A DNA stretch of 64,000 nucleotides from an uncultured Ignavibacteriales bacterium (GCA_964627305.1 CAZVHP010000007.1:36939-100938); one strand, 5' to 3'. Shown: positions 1-9,513, counted from the first letter of the stretch. Notes: a model not told the origin generated them from the letters alone. Made by a program: numbers and translations.

Positions 1-2
1 AC

Positions 3-2270
3 CAGCTCAAGAAGATCGGCTGCAGTTGTGATTGGGACCGTACCCGCTTCACCCTTGACGAGGGCCTGTCCAGGGCCGTCGCCGAGGTGTTCGAGCACCT
101 GTACAAGAAGGGTTTGATCTACCGGGGACACCGCATTATCAACTGGGACCCCGTCAGCCAAACCTCGCTCTCCGACGATGAGGTCGAGCACAAGGAGCTG
201 CAGGGCCACCTGTGGTATATCAGATATAAGGTCAAGGGCTCCGATGACTACCTTACCGTCGCCACCACCCGCCCCGAAACCATGCTCGGCGACACGGCCG
301 TGGCCGTCAACCCGAGGGACAGCCGCTATAAGAAGTTCGTCGGAAAGATACTTATCCTGCCTATCCTCGAACGCGAGATTCACGTTGTCGCGGACAGTTT
401 TGTCGATCCCGAGTTCGGCACCGGCTGCGTAAAAGTCACGCCCGCCCACGACCCCAACGACTTCGAGATCGGCAAACGCCACGATCTTGAAGAGATCAAC
501 ATCCTCAATATCGACGGCACCCTGAACGAGAACGCCGGGAAATTCAAGGGACTGGACCGTTTCGAGGCCCGCAAACAAGTCGTGGCCGAACTCGAACGGA
601 AAGGTCTGCTCGAGAAAGTCGAAGACTACACTCACTCGGTCGGCACCTGCTATCGGACCAAGGCCATCATCGAACCCTACCTTTCGGAACAGTGGTTCGT
701 CAAAATGTCGGAAATGGCCCGGCCGGCGACAGAAGCCGTGAAGAGCGGCAAGATACGCTTCCACCCCGAGTACTGGTCCAAGACATATCTGCACTGGATG
801 GAGAACATTCGCGACTGGTGTATCTCGCGCCAGTTGTGGTGGGGGCATCGCATTCCGGCCTGGTATGCCGAGGACGGCACGGTATTCGTCTCCCAGGAAC
901 GGCCCACCGCCGACCAGTGCGCTCCCCACGATCCCGCGTCGCTGCTCCCCGAAGAAGATGTGCTCGATACCTGGTTCAGTTCGTGGCTCTGGCCGTTCTC
1001 GACTATGGGATGGCCCGAACAGACCGATGACCTGAAACGCTTCTACCCAACCAAGGTCCTGAGCACCGCCAGCGAGATCATCTTCTTGTGGGTGGCGCGA
1101 ATGGTCATGGCTGGCTATGAATTCATGGGCGACGCTCCCTTTTCCGATGTCTACATTCACGGCACTGTCCGCGATGCCAACGGCATCAAGATGTCCAAAT
1201 CGCTCGGCAACGGCATCGATCCGCTCGAAATCGTCGACAAGTACGGCGCCGACGCCCTCCGCATGTCGCTCGTTCTGACTACCCCCGATGGTCAGGACCC
1301 GTGCATCGGCAAGAACACCTTCGAAATCGGCCGCAATTTCGTCAACAAGCTTTATCAGGTCGCCCGCTTCGTGAAACTCCGCATGGGCGACCGCATCCCG
1401 GAAGTGACCAGGGTCGACGAGTCCGATCTGGTCATCTTCGACCGCTGGATTCTCTCGCGGCTGGATCGAACCATCGAATCAGTAGACAGATCCTTCCGCG
1501 AGTTTCGCCTGTTCGCGGCTGCCAAGACCCTCTACAGCTTCGTCTGGGATGACTACTGTTCATGGTATATCGAGCTGATCAAGCCCGATTCCCCCGATCA
1601 GCAGATTCGCGAGGGTTCGCTCAATGTCGCCTGCTACGTGCTCAGCAACATTATCCGCCTGCTCCACCCGTTTATTCCGTTCGTGACTGAGCAGATACAC
1701 TTCGATCTGATGGATCAGGACTGGGAATCCGAGGACACCGTCTGCTTCGCCCCATGGCCCACCACCGACGGGCACTTCAAAGATGACGACCTCGAGGCCA
1801 GCCTCGAACAGATTCAGGCCGTCGTCAACGGTGTGCGCTCGGTGCGTTCAGAACTCAATGTCCCGCCGGGCAAACGCTCGGATCTGTACGTGCGGGTCAA
1901 GGACACCCAGTTCGGCACGCTCCTTGAGAAACACATCGGCTACTTCCGCTCGCTGGCGCGGGTGGAGAACCTCCACGCCGGTACAAACGTCAAGAAACCA
2001 CCCCTGTCTGCCTCTGCCGTCATTTCCGGCGCCGAGATATTCGTGCCGCTGGAAGGGTTGATCGATGTTGAGGTCGAGCGACAGCGCCTCGAAAAGGAAC
2101 TGACCAACCTGAAAGATCAGCTCGAGAAGAAATCCAAGAAGTTGGGCAATGCTGATTTTCTGAAGAATGCCCCCGCCGATGTTGTCGAAAAAGAGAAGGC
2201 CAAGCGCGAGGATTTCAAAGAACGCATTGAGAAGATAAACAAGAACCTCGAGCAACTCACCGGCTGGTAG
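3..2270 (+). CDS. valS: Valine--tRNA ligase (5'-truncated by window edge)
   Basis: Frame open from base 3 (QLKKIGCSCDWDRTRFTLD). Motifs ATTRPETMLGDTAVAV, DWCISRQLWWGHRIP, DVLDTWFSS, KMSKS and the C-terminal coiled coil. Confidence 0.98.
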   Translation, partial: QLKKIGCSCDWDRTRFTLDEGLSRAVAEVFEHLYKKGLIYRGHRIINWDPVSQTSLSDDEVEHKELQGHLWYIRYKVKGSDDYLTVATTRPETMLGDTAVAVNPRDSRYKKFVGKILILPILEREIHVVADSFVDPEFGTGCVKVTPAHDPNDFEIGKRHDLEEINILNIDGTLNENAGKFKGLDRFEARKQVVAELERKGLLEKVEDYTHSVGTCYRTKAIIEPYLSEQWFVKMSEMARPATEAVKSGKIRFHPEYWSKTYLHWMENIRDWCISRQLWWGHRIPAWYAEDGTVFVSQERPTADQCAPHDPASLLPEEDVLDTWFSSWLWPFSTMGWPEQTDDLKRFYPTKVLSTASEIIFLWVARMVMAGYEFMGDAPFSDVYIHGTVRDANGIKMSKSLGNGIDPLEIVDKYGADALRMSLVLTTPDGQDPCIGKNTFEIGRNFVNKLYQVARFVKLRMGDRIPEVTRVDESDLVIFDRWILSRLDRTIESVDRSFREFRLFAAAKTLYSFVWDDYCSWYIELIKPDSPDQQIREGSLNVACYVLSNIIRLLHPFIPFVTEQIHFDLMDQDWESEDTVCFAPWPTTDGHFKDDDLEASLEQIQAVVNGVRSVRSELNVPPGKRSDLYVRVKDTQFGTLLEKHIGYFRSLARVENLHAGTNVKKPPLSASAVISGAEIFVPLEGLIDVEVERQRLEKELTNLKDQLEKKSKKLGNADFLKNAPADVVEKEKAKREDFKERIEKINKNLEQLTGW

Positions 2271-2437
2271 GGGCCATTGGCCCCCTGTATCCGCCGACAA
2301 AGCAGCATCGCGTGCTCTGAGAAAGAATACAGGAGCGGGAAGACTTGAGCCTCTGGTGGGTCCGGGTGTCCATCGGTTCCGGTAAGCACCTGCCGCTGGA
2401 AAGTGCCAAATCGGCCTGCAGTTGAGAGGAGTACCCA

Positions 2438-3280
2438 ATGACATCGGAGTCAAAAAAGCCGCCACACGAAATCACCAATCTCGTCAGAAAGGGATACGCG
2501 AAGGTTGCCAAAGAGGGCGGATCCTGCTGTGGTTCCTCCGGTTGTTGTGGCGGCCCCGACGCAAACGACATAGCAACATCCATCGGGTATAGCAACGAGG
2601 ATTTGAAAAAGTTGCCCAATGGTGCCAACCTCGGGCTTTCCTGTGGTAATCCAACAGCACTCGCGTCGCTCAGAGAAGGCGAAGTCGTTCTGGACCTCGG
2701 AAGCGGGGCAGGCTTCGATGTCTTCATCGCGGCACGCAAGGTGGGTCATTCGGGGCGCGTCATCGGCGTGGATATGACTCCGGAGATGGTCGGCAAAGCA
2801 CGCGCCAACGCACGTGCCTTTTTCGAGTCCACCGGCCTTGACAATGTGGAGTTCCGTCTCGGGGAAATCGAACATCTCCCGGTGGCTGATGCAACCATCG
2901 ACGTCATCATATCCAACTGCGTCATCAATCTGTCGCCCGACAAGCCACAGGTCTACAGAGAGATAGCGCGGGTGCTAAGACCGGGCGGACGTGTTGCCGT
3001 GTCGGATCTGGCGCTTCTGAAACCGCTTCCCGAAGAAATCCGCAAGTCGATTACGGCTCTGGTTGGTTGTATAGCGGGCGCTGCGCTCGTCGAAGACACC
3101 AGGCGGATGATCGAGGCGGCCGGATTGGCTGATCTGCTATGCAAAACCAGCTCTGAGTATATCGACAGCATGAGTGAGTGGTCGGACCCGCTCTATCGCG
3201 AGATAGCCCGCATGCTTCCGCCTGATACCAAGCCGAGCGACTACGTCACAAGCCTCAATATCACGGCGAGAAAGCCCTGA
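2438..3280 (+). CDS. arsM: Arsenite S-adenosylmethyltransferase
   Basis: Cys-rich N-terminus (SCCGSSGCC), NLGLSCGNP, VLDLGSGAGFD SAM motif, ISNCVINLSPDK, VGCIAGA. RBS GAGGAG upstream. Confidence 0.9.
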   Translation: MTSESKKPPHEITNLVRKGYAKVAKEGGSCCGSSGCCGGPDANDIATSIGYSNEDLKKLPNGANLGLSCGNPTALASLREGEVVLDLGSGAGFDVFIAARKVGHSGRVIGVDMTPEMVGKARANARAFFESTGLDNVEFRLGEIEHLPVADATIDVIISNCVINLSPDKPQVYREIARVLRPGGRVAVSDLALLKPLPEEIRKSITALVGCIAGAALVEDTRRMIEAAGLADLLCKTSSEYIDSMSEWSDPLYREIARMLPPDTKPSDYVTSLNITARKP

Positions 3281-3311
3281 CCCACCACGCCCCTCGCTTC
3301 GGGGAACTCGC

Positions 3312-3839
3312 CTACTCCTTCTTGATGAACCGCACGTTCTCCGCCACCGTCACCTCAAACGTGGCCTCCGCCGGAACCTCCGCCTGGCTCCCCTTGATGA
3401 ACAACCCGAAAATGAACAGATAGGACACCAGCTTCTTTCCCTTGCCCCTGTACTCTGGGGTGTCACCGGCAACAGGTATGGTGTTCAGCTCCTGGGGGAC
3501 AAACGGCCCCCTGGGATTGATGCTCTCAAAGCTGAGCTTCAAAGCACCCGGCTTGCCGCCCTTGCCGGCCCGCTTGCCGACAGTCACCACGGCGGTGCCC
3601 ATCGCGCCCGCTTCAACCAGCGTCACACCACCCATCACTATGGGATCGACCAGGTACACCGGCACCTTGTCACCGACCTCAAACTTCGCCGAACTGACAG
3701 TGGAGTTGGGATCAAATTGTACTTTGGCCTTGCTGCCTTTCGGCAACTGGATACCGGCCGCCATCGAGACAGCCGCCCAGGCAAGCACGAGCAGCATCGT
3801 GACCGCAAGGGTATTCCGGATAGTGCGCGAGGGCATCAT
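3312..3839 (-). CDS. Exported protein, possible VirB10/TrbI-like beta domain; last gene of the T6SS operon
   Basis: Sec signal peptide (no lipobox). Pattern LPKGS..VSSAKFEVGDKVPV..PIVMGGVTLVEAGAMGTAVV..GKGGKPGAL, then a hydrophobic stretch LVSYLFIFGLFIKG and VPAEATFEV. Starts 2 bp after the upstream stop. Confidence 0.55.
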   Translation of the reverse strand: MMPSRTIRNTLAVTMLLVLAWAAVSMAAGIQLPKGSKAKVQFDPNSTVSSAKFEVGDKVPVYLVDPIVMGGVTLVEAGAMGTAVVTVGKRAGKGGKPGALKLSFESINPRGPFVPQELNTIPVAGDTPEYRGKGKKLVSYLFIFGLFIKGSQAEVPAEATFEVTVAENVRFIKKE

Positions 3840-3841
3840 AC

Positions 3842-6067
3842 TCAGTTTCCTCCAAGCTCGAGTTCCGGCAACTTCTCTGCCGGATTGTTTAGCAACGTAA
3901 ATGAGACAACAGTGCCGCTGTTCGGGAACGTGACCTCTCCATTGAGCTTATACAGGCAGTACTTGTCCTTCAGCGGCAGCAGCGCCGTCGGATCCTTGCC
4001 CCAGGTCTCATCGGTATCGATATGCGGCAGGTCAAACGCGATATAGATGTCATGGCCCGGGCGCCAGGAAATCGTCTTGACATCGCCACCCACGAACTGC
4101 CCCATCGTCTCCCACTTTGGCGTGCCACGGTCAGGAACAACCTCAATATGCAGATGGCCGTTGTCAGGGACCACATCGACCCGGACCTGGTAGGTCTGTT
4201 CCCGGTTCATCGCACTGGCAGCACTGATGTAACGGTTGACAGCCTCTCGCTCGCGGGCATAGCGGTTGCCCGACAACTGCCCCAGAATACCCTGCAACTC
4301 CCGCACCGCGCCATCAAGCCGGTACGCCGGATCAGGGTTGCTGTTGATCTTGCGAGCGAGCTGCTTGAGCGTCTCGGCCGCCTCGGTTGCATCGACAGCC
4401 AGCACCTCCTGCGTCCTGACCCCTCCGATCACACCGGACATGGCCCGGTACAGGGCCCTTTCACCCGGCTCAAGGCTGGCAGCATTGACCTCCATATTGA
4501 ACGAAATCAGCGTATCCAGCTTCTGCCAGCAGGCGGTATTGGTACGCTCCCCGGCACACTGCGAAAACTGCGCCCACACACGGGCAGTGCGCGCGGCACT
4601 GCCAAACACACTCGTGGAAGAATCCTCCGTGAGTGATTCCAGATCATAGGTGAGCTGCCGATAGCTGTCAGACTCACTCAGTTGCCGCGTCGAGGGATCC
4701 ATCCGCGGCCATTGATCCTGCTGACGTACAACTTCCTCCATCTGCTTTTGCAGACGCGCCAGCTTGTCCGTCAGGCTCTCCGCCTGCAGATCGCGATACG
4801 TGGCCGAAAGATCCCGCGCCGGCGGCATGAACTCACGGAACACCTTCCGCACAAGCCACCTCCCCGAGTAGTGCGAATACGCATCGGCGATAGCTCGCCG
4901 GTCCGATGGCGTCGTTGCGGCCGCCTCGTGGTTATACTTGGAGAGGATATCATCCTCAAGACTGGTCGTTCGACCAAGCTGCCACCACAAGTGCCACATG
5001 AAGACGCCGGAGCAGAACACAAGCCACACGAGAACAAGATTGCGCACTACCCGGCGCACCTTCCGAAAACCCTCGAGCTGGCGGTTGCGAACCATCGACT
5101 TGAGCAGCCAATACACCGGGCGCCTCACCCCGATCGGACGAATAGGGTCCGGCGGCTTGTAGATACTTCGCCCAAGTTCGGCACCAATCTTCTCCGGCTC
5201 AGTTCCCACGCTGGAGACGAAAAAAACCTGGAAGTCCAGCGTGCGCCCCACCGTTATCTTCAAGAACGCCTTGAGTTTGATCAGCACCTCGCGCACACTG
5301 CCGGCCCACTCCGGGTCAGATTGAATGCGCGGGTTGGCCAGTATCTGCTCAACGAACTCGTCATAGTCCTCAGCAAGTACCGGCTCCTCACTGGGATGAA
5401 TCAACGACACATGCTGATCACCCTTGAAACCCGGAAGCACATCGGCCTTGGTAACAACGAGGCCGACCGGAATCGGCAGCCGCTGATCGAGCGGCCCGAG
5501 CTGCTGGATGATACTCTCAAACGCCGCCGCGTGCGACTGCCACTGCGTCGGCGAACCAAGCGTCTTCGGATCGAAGAAGAACAGCAAACCGTCGCACCCC
5601 AGAAGAAAGTCCATGACCTTCTCCGCCGAATTGTCAGCGGCGCCAATCGCGATCGCATCACCGGCGTAGTCATAGGTAACCACGGGAAGCTTTTTGGAGC
5701 GGTCAAGATTGGCCACCATCTTCATGACCGTGTCCTGCCGCGTGAGTGGCGGGAACTGCGGGTCCTGCCGTACATCGACCATCGTCCCCTGACCCGCCGC
5801 CGGGGTCAAACCCCACATCTTCCGATGGTTGGCCAGCAACTCGCCGGCCGTGACACTGTCGCTGACCGACAACTGCAGATCACGAGCCGTCTTGCAGTCA
5901 TCATGCAGCACCGACAGATACACCGTCTTGCCGCTGTTGCTGTGGCCGACAAGACCAACCCGAATACCATCCGGCCACTGGTAAGCACTGTCGCTTTTGT
6001 CCTGCTTGCTCCCGGAGGCCGCTTTCGCACCCTTCTTCCCGAATTTGAGTAGCTTTGCTATATTCAC
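3842..6067 (-). CDS. TssM/IcmF-like membrane protein with N-terminal P-loop GTPase-type domain
   Basis: GHSNSGKT (Walker A/G1), DYAG (G3), LPIPVGLVVTKADVLPGF (G4; resembles the TssM PVYxxxTKxDLLxGF motif). One TM helix (~aa 345-363), then a helical region and a beta-rich C-terminus. Lies two genes after tssK. Confidence 0.6.
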   Translation of the reverse strand: MNIAKLLKFGKKGAKAASGSKQDKSDSAYQWPDGIRVGLVGHSNSGKTVYLSVLHDDCKTARDLQLSVSDSVTAGELLANHRKMWGLTPAAGQGTMVDVRQDPQFPPLTRQDTVMKMVANLDRSKKLPVVTYDYAGDAIAIGAADNSAEKVMDFLLGCDGLLFFFDPKTLGSPTQWQSHAAAFESIIQQLGPLDQRLPIPVGLVVTKADVLPGFKGDQHVSLIHPSEEPVLAEDYDEFVEQILANPRIQSDPEWAGSVREVLIKLKAFLKITVGRTLDFQVFFVSSVGTEPEKIGAELGRSIYKPPDPIRPIGVRRPVYWLLKSMVRNRQLEGFRKVRRVVRNLVLVWLVFCSGVFMWHLWWQLGRTTSLEDDILSKYNHEAAATTPSDRRAIADAYSHYSGRWLVRKVFREFMPPARDLSATYRDLQAESLTDKLARLQKQMEEVVRQQDQWPRMDPSTRQLSESDSYRQLTYDLESLTEDSSTSVFGSAARTARVWAQFSQCAGERTNTACWQKLDTLISFNMEVNAASLEPGERALYRAMSGVIGGVRTQEVLAVDATEAAETLKQLARKINSNPDPAYRLDGAVRELQGILGQLSGNRYAREREAVNRYISAASAMNREQTYQVRVDVVPDNGHLHIEVVPDRGTPKWETMGQFVGGDVKTISWRPGHDIYIAFDLPHIDTDETWGKDPTALLPLKDKYCLYKLNGEVTFPNSGTVVSFTLLNNPAEKLPELELGGN

Positions 6068-6127
6068 GCGAGTCCTGTTCCCACAGTTGAGTTTACTCTG
6101 TCCATGATGCCACCACCACTCCTGTCA

Positions 6128-7045
6128 TCAGCGACCCCGCACGGTTGTCAGCCTCTGGTTAAGGTCCTGAAGCTTCGAATCGCTGTAACCAGACCACAAC
6201 GCGGGCACCAGAAATCCAACAGCGATCCAGACGACAATCAACAGAACCGTCGCCACATACGCCGGACGCCGCTGCCCGAACATCAGCGCCGTATACCGGT
6301 AGCTGCGGAACAACCCCTTGAACTTACCCAGTGCGTCAACAAGTGCCTTCTGCACCCGCTGCAGAAACGTGCCCGGCTTCGTGCGATAGTCCCACGTCTC
6401 AAGATACATCTCCACCAGCTTGTTCGTACGAGACCACCGTTCGAAAAAACCCACGCGCTGCAGGTGAAACTCCAGGGTCGAGCGATCCGAAAGGAGGCTG
6501 TCACCAAGCTGCAGACGCCGGCGACACAACTCCATGATGCGATGCGCATCGCCCTTCGCCTCGAACTGCTCCGGCGTCAGGTCAACCGCCAGCGGCCGAC
6601 CATAGGCGTTCATGAAGTTCGACAGCTCAATCAGAAAGAAACTGTGAAGCTGAAAGCTGTTGTTAAGCGCCCCCGCCCGAAACAGCTTCGGCAACAACTG
6701 CTCCTCAATATACGGCACGTCCTGCCTGACCTCTCGCAAACCCCGGACGTAACTATAGGCCTGGTTGGAACGGTTATCCACATCGACTTCCATCTCAAAC
6801 CACGTCACCAGCGTCTGCACCGTCAGCTCCCGCAGATCCGACGCCTTGAGCGGAGCCTTGTGGATAAAATCCAGAAGAATGTAGTCGGTCTCAACCGCCT
6901 GGTCGCGGTATTCCTGCAGGGCGCCGAACAGGGCGCGGATACCGTTGTACGTCTGCTGGAAAGCCCCGAAATCAAACGCCGAGAAGTTCGTTTCGTAGGT
7001 ACCGATATACCTGAAGAGGTCATCTATGTACTGTCTTACTTTCAT
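6128..7045 (-). CDS. Membrane protein with C-terminal anchor, TssL/DotU-like by topology and position
   Basis: About 265-aa soluble helical region followed by a single C-terminal TM (VATVLLIVVWIAVGFLVPALW). Sits between tssK and the TssM-like gene. I recognise no DotU sequence motif. Confidence 0.5.
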   Translation of the reverse strand: MKVRQYIDDLFRYIGTYETNFSAFDFGAFQQTYNGIRALFGALQEYRDQAVETDYILLDFIHKAPLKASDLRELTVQTLVTWFEMEVDVDNRSNQAYSYVRGLREVRQDVPYIEEQLLPKLFRAGALNNSFQLHSFFLIELSNFMNAYGRPLAVDLTPEQFEAKGDAHRIMELCRRRLQLGDSLLSDRSTLEFHLQRVGFFERWSRTNKLVEMYLETWDYRTKPGTFLQRVQKALVDALGKFKGLFRSYRYTALMFGQRRPAYVATVLLIVVWIAVGFLVPALWSGYSDSKLQDLNQRLTTVRGR

Positions 7046-7046
7046 A

Positions 7047-7082
7047 CTGCCAATCTCTCTGCCAGTTTCTCTGCCAATCTCT
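7047..7082. repeat. 3 x 12-bp tandem repeat filling the tssK/tssL-like spacer
   Basis: CTGCCAATCTCT CTGCCAGTTTCT CTGCCAATCTCT read directly from the sequence. Confidence 0.85.
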
Positions 7083-7086
7083 GTCC

Positions 7087-8508
7087 TTAATCAACAATGT
7101 AAAGCTTGATATCGGCCTCTGACAAGTTGTTTAGCTGCTTCGCATCCTTAAGACCCCGGAACCACAGACCGGCCCTCCCGGCCGAATCCACCCGAATCAT
7201 GTCCTGTCCCCGCAGCGCCACCTTGCTCCCGAAAGTCGTGGTATCAATCACCATGGGATTCGTCTCCCCAAGACTGACCTCGCCAAATCCGATACGAACA
7301 TTGATCGCATTCCACTGGCCCTGATCCATCAGGTCCTTCTCCATCAGAATAACACAATCGCTCACGCTGACCGGTGAGGTCAGGTTCAACGACACAATGG
7401 CAAAATCGTTCCAGTCCTCGCGCACGCACTCCTTGTGGCTGACAGCGGCGAAGGTCAACCCCTTGTAGCTGATCGTATCGCTGGCCACCGGCTCCGGCGC
7501 AATGTCCCCCTGCGCAAGAAACGCCACGAGCTGCTGCAAAGTAGTGAGCAGCTTGTCGATTTGCTCGAAGTGCCTGCCGAGATCGAGATGTGTGTATTCA
7601 GCTAATAGAAAACTGTCGATGGTTCGCGCGAAGGTGCGATACTCGGTGCGCAACTGCTTCTGGAAGAAACGGTCGGTCAGGAAGTCCTTGACACCCGGCA
7701 TGTACGCCAGCAGCGTCGTCAGCACCCGGAACAAACTCTTGTACTGATTCACTATCGTCAACGGATGCGGAGCGTTGCGCCCCAGTGAAACCGTATCGAA
7801 CCTCGCCGCCGCATGTAGTCCAAGCTGACTGACCAGATGCCTCAGATTCGAGACCAGATCAGCCCCGGCCCCGGCGGGCGTCAAACCGCTCGCCACGCGC
7901 GTAATGGCTGTCATGAGACTGTCAAGCCGGTCACGAAGCTCCCGAACCTTGCCATACAAACGCTCATGTGCCGCCACCGAAACGCACGGCGGGAAGTAAA
8001 AAGGCGACTCCACCAGGCTGTCACCACTTACCTCCAGTTGCGCGATCTGCACACACCGCGCCTGCGACACGGACGGCTGCTGCCCCACATGAACCTCGTA
8101 GGCCGGCACACAGTACGGCAGACGGGGTACCGGCTCGTTCGGATCCGCCTGCCCCACCTGCTTTTTCGCCTCAGCGGCAATCACCACCCAGACCCCGATA
8201 GCTTCTGTCACCCCCTCGGCCTCCCCGATCACCACCCCCCCCTCGCCGGGAGCGATCTCAATCAGGCTGCCATCCTCGGTGACGGCATGACAACGTGTTA
8301 CCTCAACACGGACCGCACTGCCCCGCAGACTGGCATGATACTCAAGCGCACCACCGTCACTGCTCGGGATCAGCCCGTAGTTGTCACCCACCGGCCGGCC
8401 ATACCACCGGGACAGCTCCTCGAAATATCGCTCCTGGTCGGCAAGGTGATTCCGGGATACCAGCATCCCGTCCTGCCAGTTCACTGAGCGGAGTCTGAAT
8501 TCACTCAT
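7087..8508 (-). CDS. tssK: T6SS baseplate subunit TssK (T6SS-iii-like N-terminus)
   Basis: N-terminal VNWQDGMLVSRNHL, NYGLIP, CHAVTEDGSLIEI, GQADPNEPVPRLPY, YFPPCVSV and a later EYTHLD motif match Bacteroidota-type TssK. Confidence 0.8.
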   Translation of the reverse strand: MSEFRLRSVNWQDGMLVSRNHLADQERYFEELSRWYGRPVGDNYGLIPSSDGGALEYHASLRGSAVRVEVTRCHAVTEDGSLIEIAPGEGGVVIGEAEGVTEAIGVWVVIAAEAKKQVGQADPNEPVPRLPYCVPAYEVHVGQQPSVSQARCVQIAQLEVSGDSLVESPFYFPPCVSVAAHERLYGKVRELRDRLDSLMTAITRVASGLTPAGAGADLVSNLRHLVSQLGLHAAARFDTVSLGRNAPHPLTIVNQYKSLFRVLTTLLAYMPGVKDFLTDRFFQKQLRTEYRTFARTIDSFLLAEYTHLDLGRHFEQIDKLLTTLQQLVAFLAQGDIAPEPVASDTISYKGLTFAAVSHKECVREDWNDFAIVSLNLTSPVSVSDCVILMEKDLMDQGQWNAINVRIGFGEVSLGETNPMVIDTTTFGSKVALRGQDMIRVDSAGRAGLWFRGLKDAKQLNNLSEADIKLYIVD

Positions 8509-8532
8509 GTTTCGTCTCTTCTTGCTCCATCT

Positions 8533-9513
8533 TTATCCGTTAGCCGCAGCCACCGGCTTGCTGCCGGCACTGTCCGTCCGCACTTTTACTGCGCCCCCGG
8601 TCAGACACCACGATGTCCCCAGATACGCCGCTCGCTCCTGCGTGCCGATCGAGCGACCGCATACCGGTAACCTGAATCGCAGACGCCATTGCAGGTGCCC
8701 CGGGTTGCACAAAGCCATTATCTGTTCAAGCAAGCTGCGCCGCGCCCCCCCGGGCAGCCACTCCTCTATGTGGGCGTCACCTATCTCACACAGCTCAAGC
8801 TCATAGTACGAATCAAGGTCGGTGAAACGATCACCAAGCACCCAGTCATCGCCGAGCCGGCTGAACGACGAGTTCAGACGCGACTGAATACTCCCGTCAA
8901 TTGGGTGCTCAGACGGCAGATTTTCGTGGACCTCCATCCGGCAGTCCAACAGCAAACCGAGTACCCACGCCATTCCCTGGGGATTGCCCGACCATTCATG
9001 GAAGCTCCGCATCAGGGCTGTCAATAACCCCAGCCGAGAATCGGCCGTACAGGCGCGGCGATGAGCCGGACCGAAAAGATCAATGATCCGCGCATAGTGA
9101 CTCGGCTCCGTCACCGCCTCCTCATAGCGCATGCGTTCAAACGCCATCAGCGCCGACTTCTTGACCGCATGACCGTCGATTGGCGCCATCATGCCGCGCG
9201 CCCCGGATTCCCAGTGTGAACTGACCGATGACGAATGCCCGGAAGAGGTGAAAAACTGCCAGGGCATCACGTCGACAATGCCGCTGATGCCCACATCGAG
9301 CACCACCTCCGTCTCGTCCGACAAGAGCGTGCCCGCCTCAGGATCCTGACTGCGAATCTGCCCGTCATAGTCCTCATACGCGCCAACCAACCTGACAAAA
9401 ATCCGCTCCGGGGCTACCCCCAGCCTGACAAGCTGATTGATCGCCGCGACGAAACTCGGGCGACATCGCCAATCAACCAGCCGCGGCATGACCCTGGCAG
9501 TACGCTCACTCAT
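8533..9513 (-). CDS. tssG: T6SS baseplate subunit TssG with N-terminal PASTA-like domain
   Basis: Overlaps the tssF stop (ATGA). GIVDVMPWQFF resembles the TssG G-x-YDxLPExLF motif; SRLGDDWVLGD and YLGTSWCL are TssG-like. The first ~75 aa are PASTA-like (GQIRSQDPEAGT..VVLDV). Confidence 0.72.
   Translation of the reverse strand: MSERTARVMPRLVDWRCRPSFVAAINQLVRLGVAPERIFVRLVGAYEDYDGQIRSQDPEAGTLLSDETEVVLDVGISGIVDVMPWQFFTSSGHSSSVSSHWESGARGMMAPIDGHAVKKSALMAFERMRYEEAVTEPSHYARIIDLFGPAHRRACTADSRLGLLTALMRSFHEWSGNPQGMAWVLGLLLDCRMEVHENLPSEHPIDGSIQSRLNSSFSRLGDDWVLGDRFTDLDSYYELELCEIGDAHIEEWLPGGARRSLLEQIMALCNPGHLQWRLRFRLPVCGRSIGTQERAAYLGTSWCLTGGAVKVRTDSAGSKPVAAANG

Noticed and set aside
4682-6052. 456-aa plus-strand ORF (also 6104-7090, 16747-17988, 18777-19886, 32666-33988, 54312-55844)
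   Set aside because: Antisense shadows of well-supported genes; Arg/His/Pro-rich or otherwise biased with no motifs, as expected in high-GC DNA.
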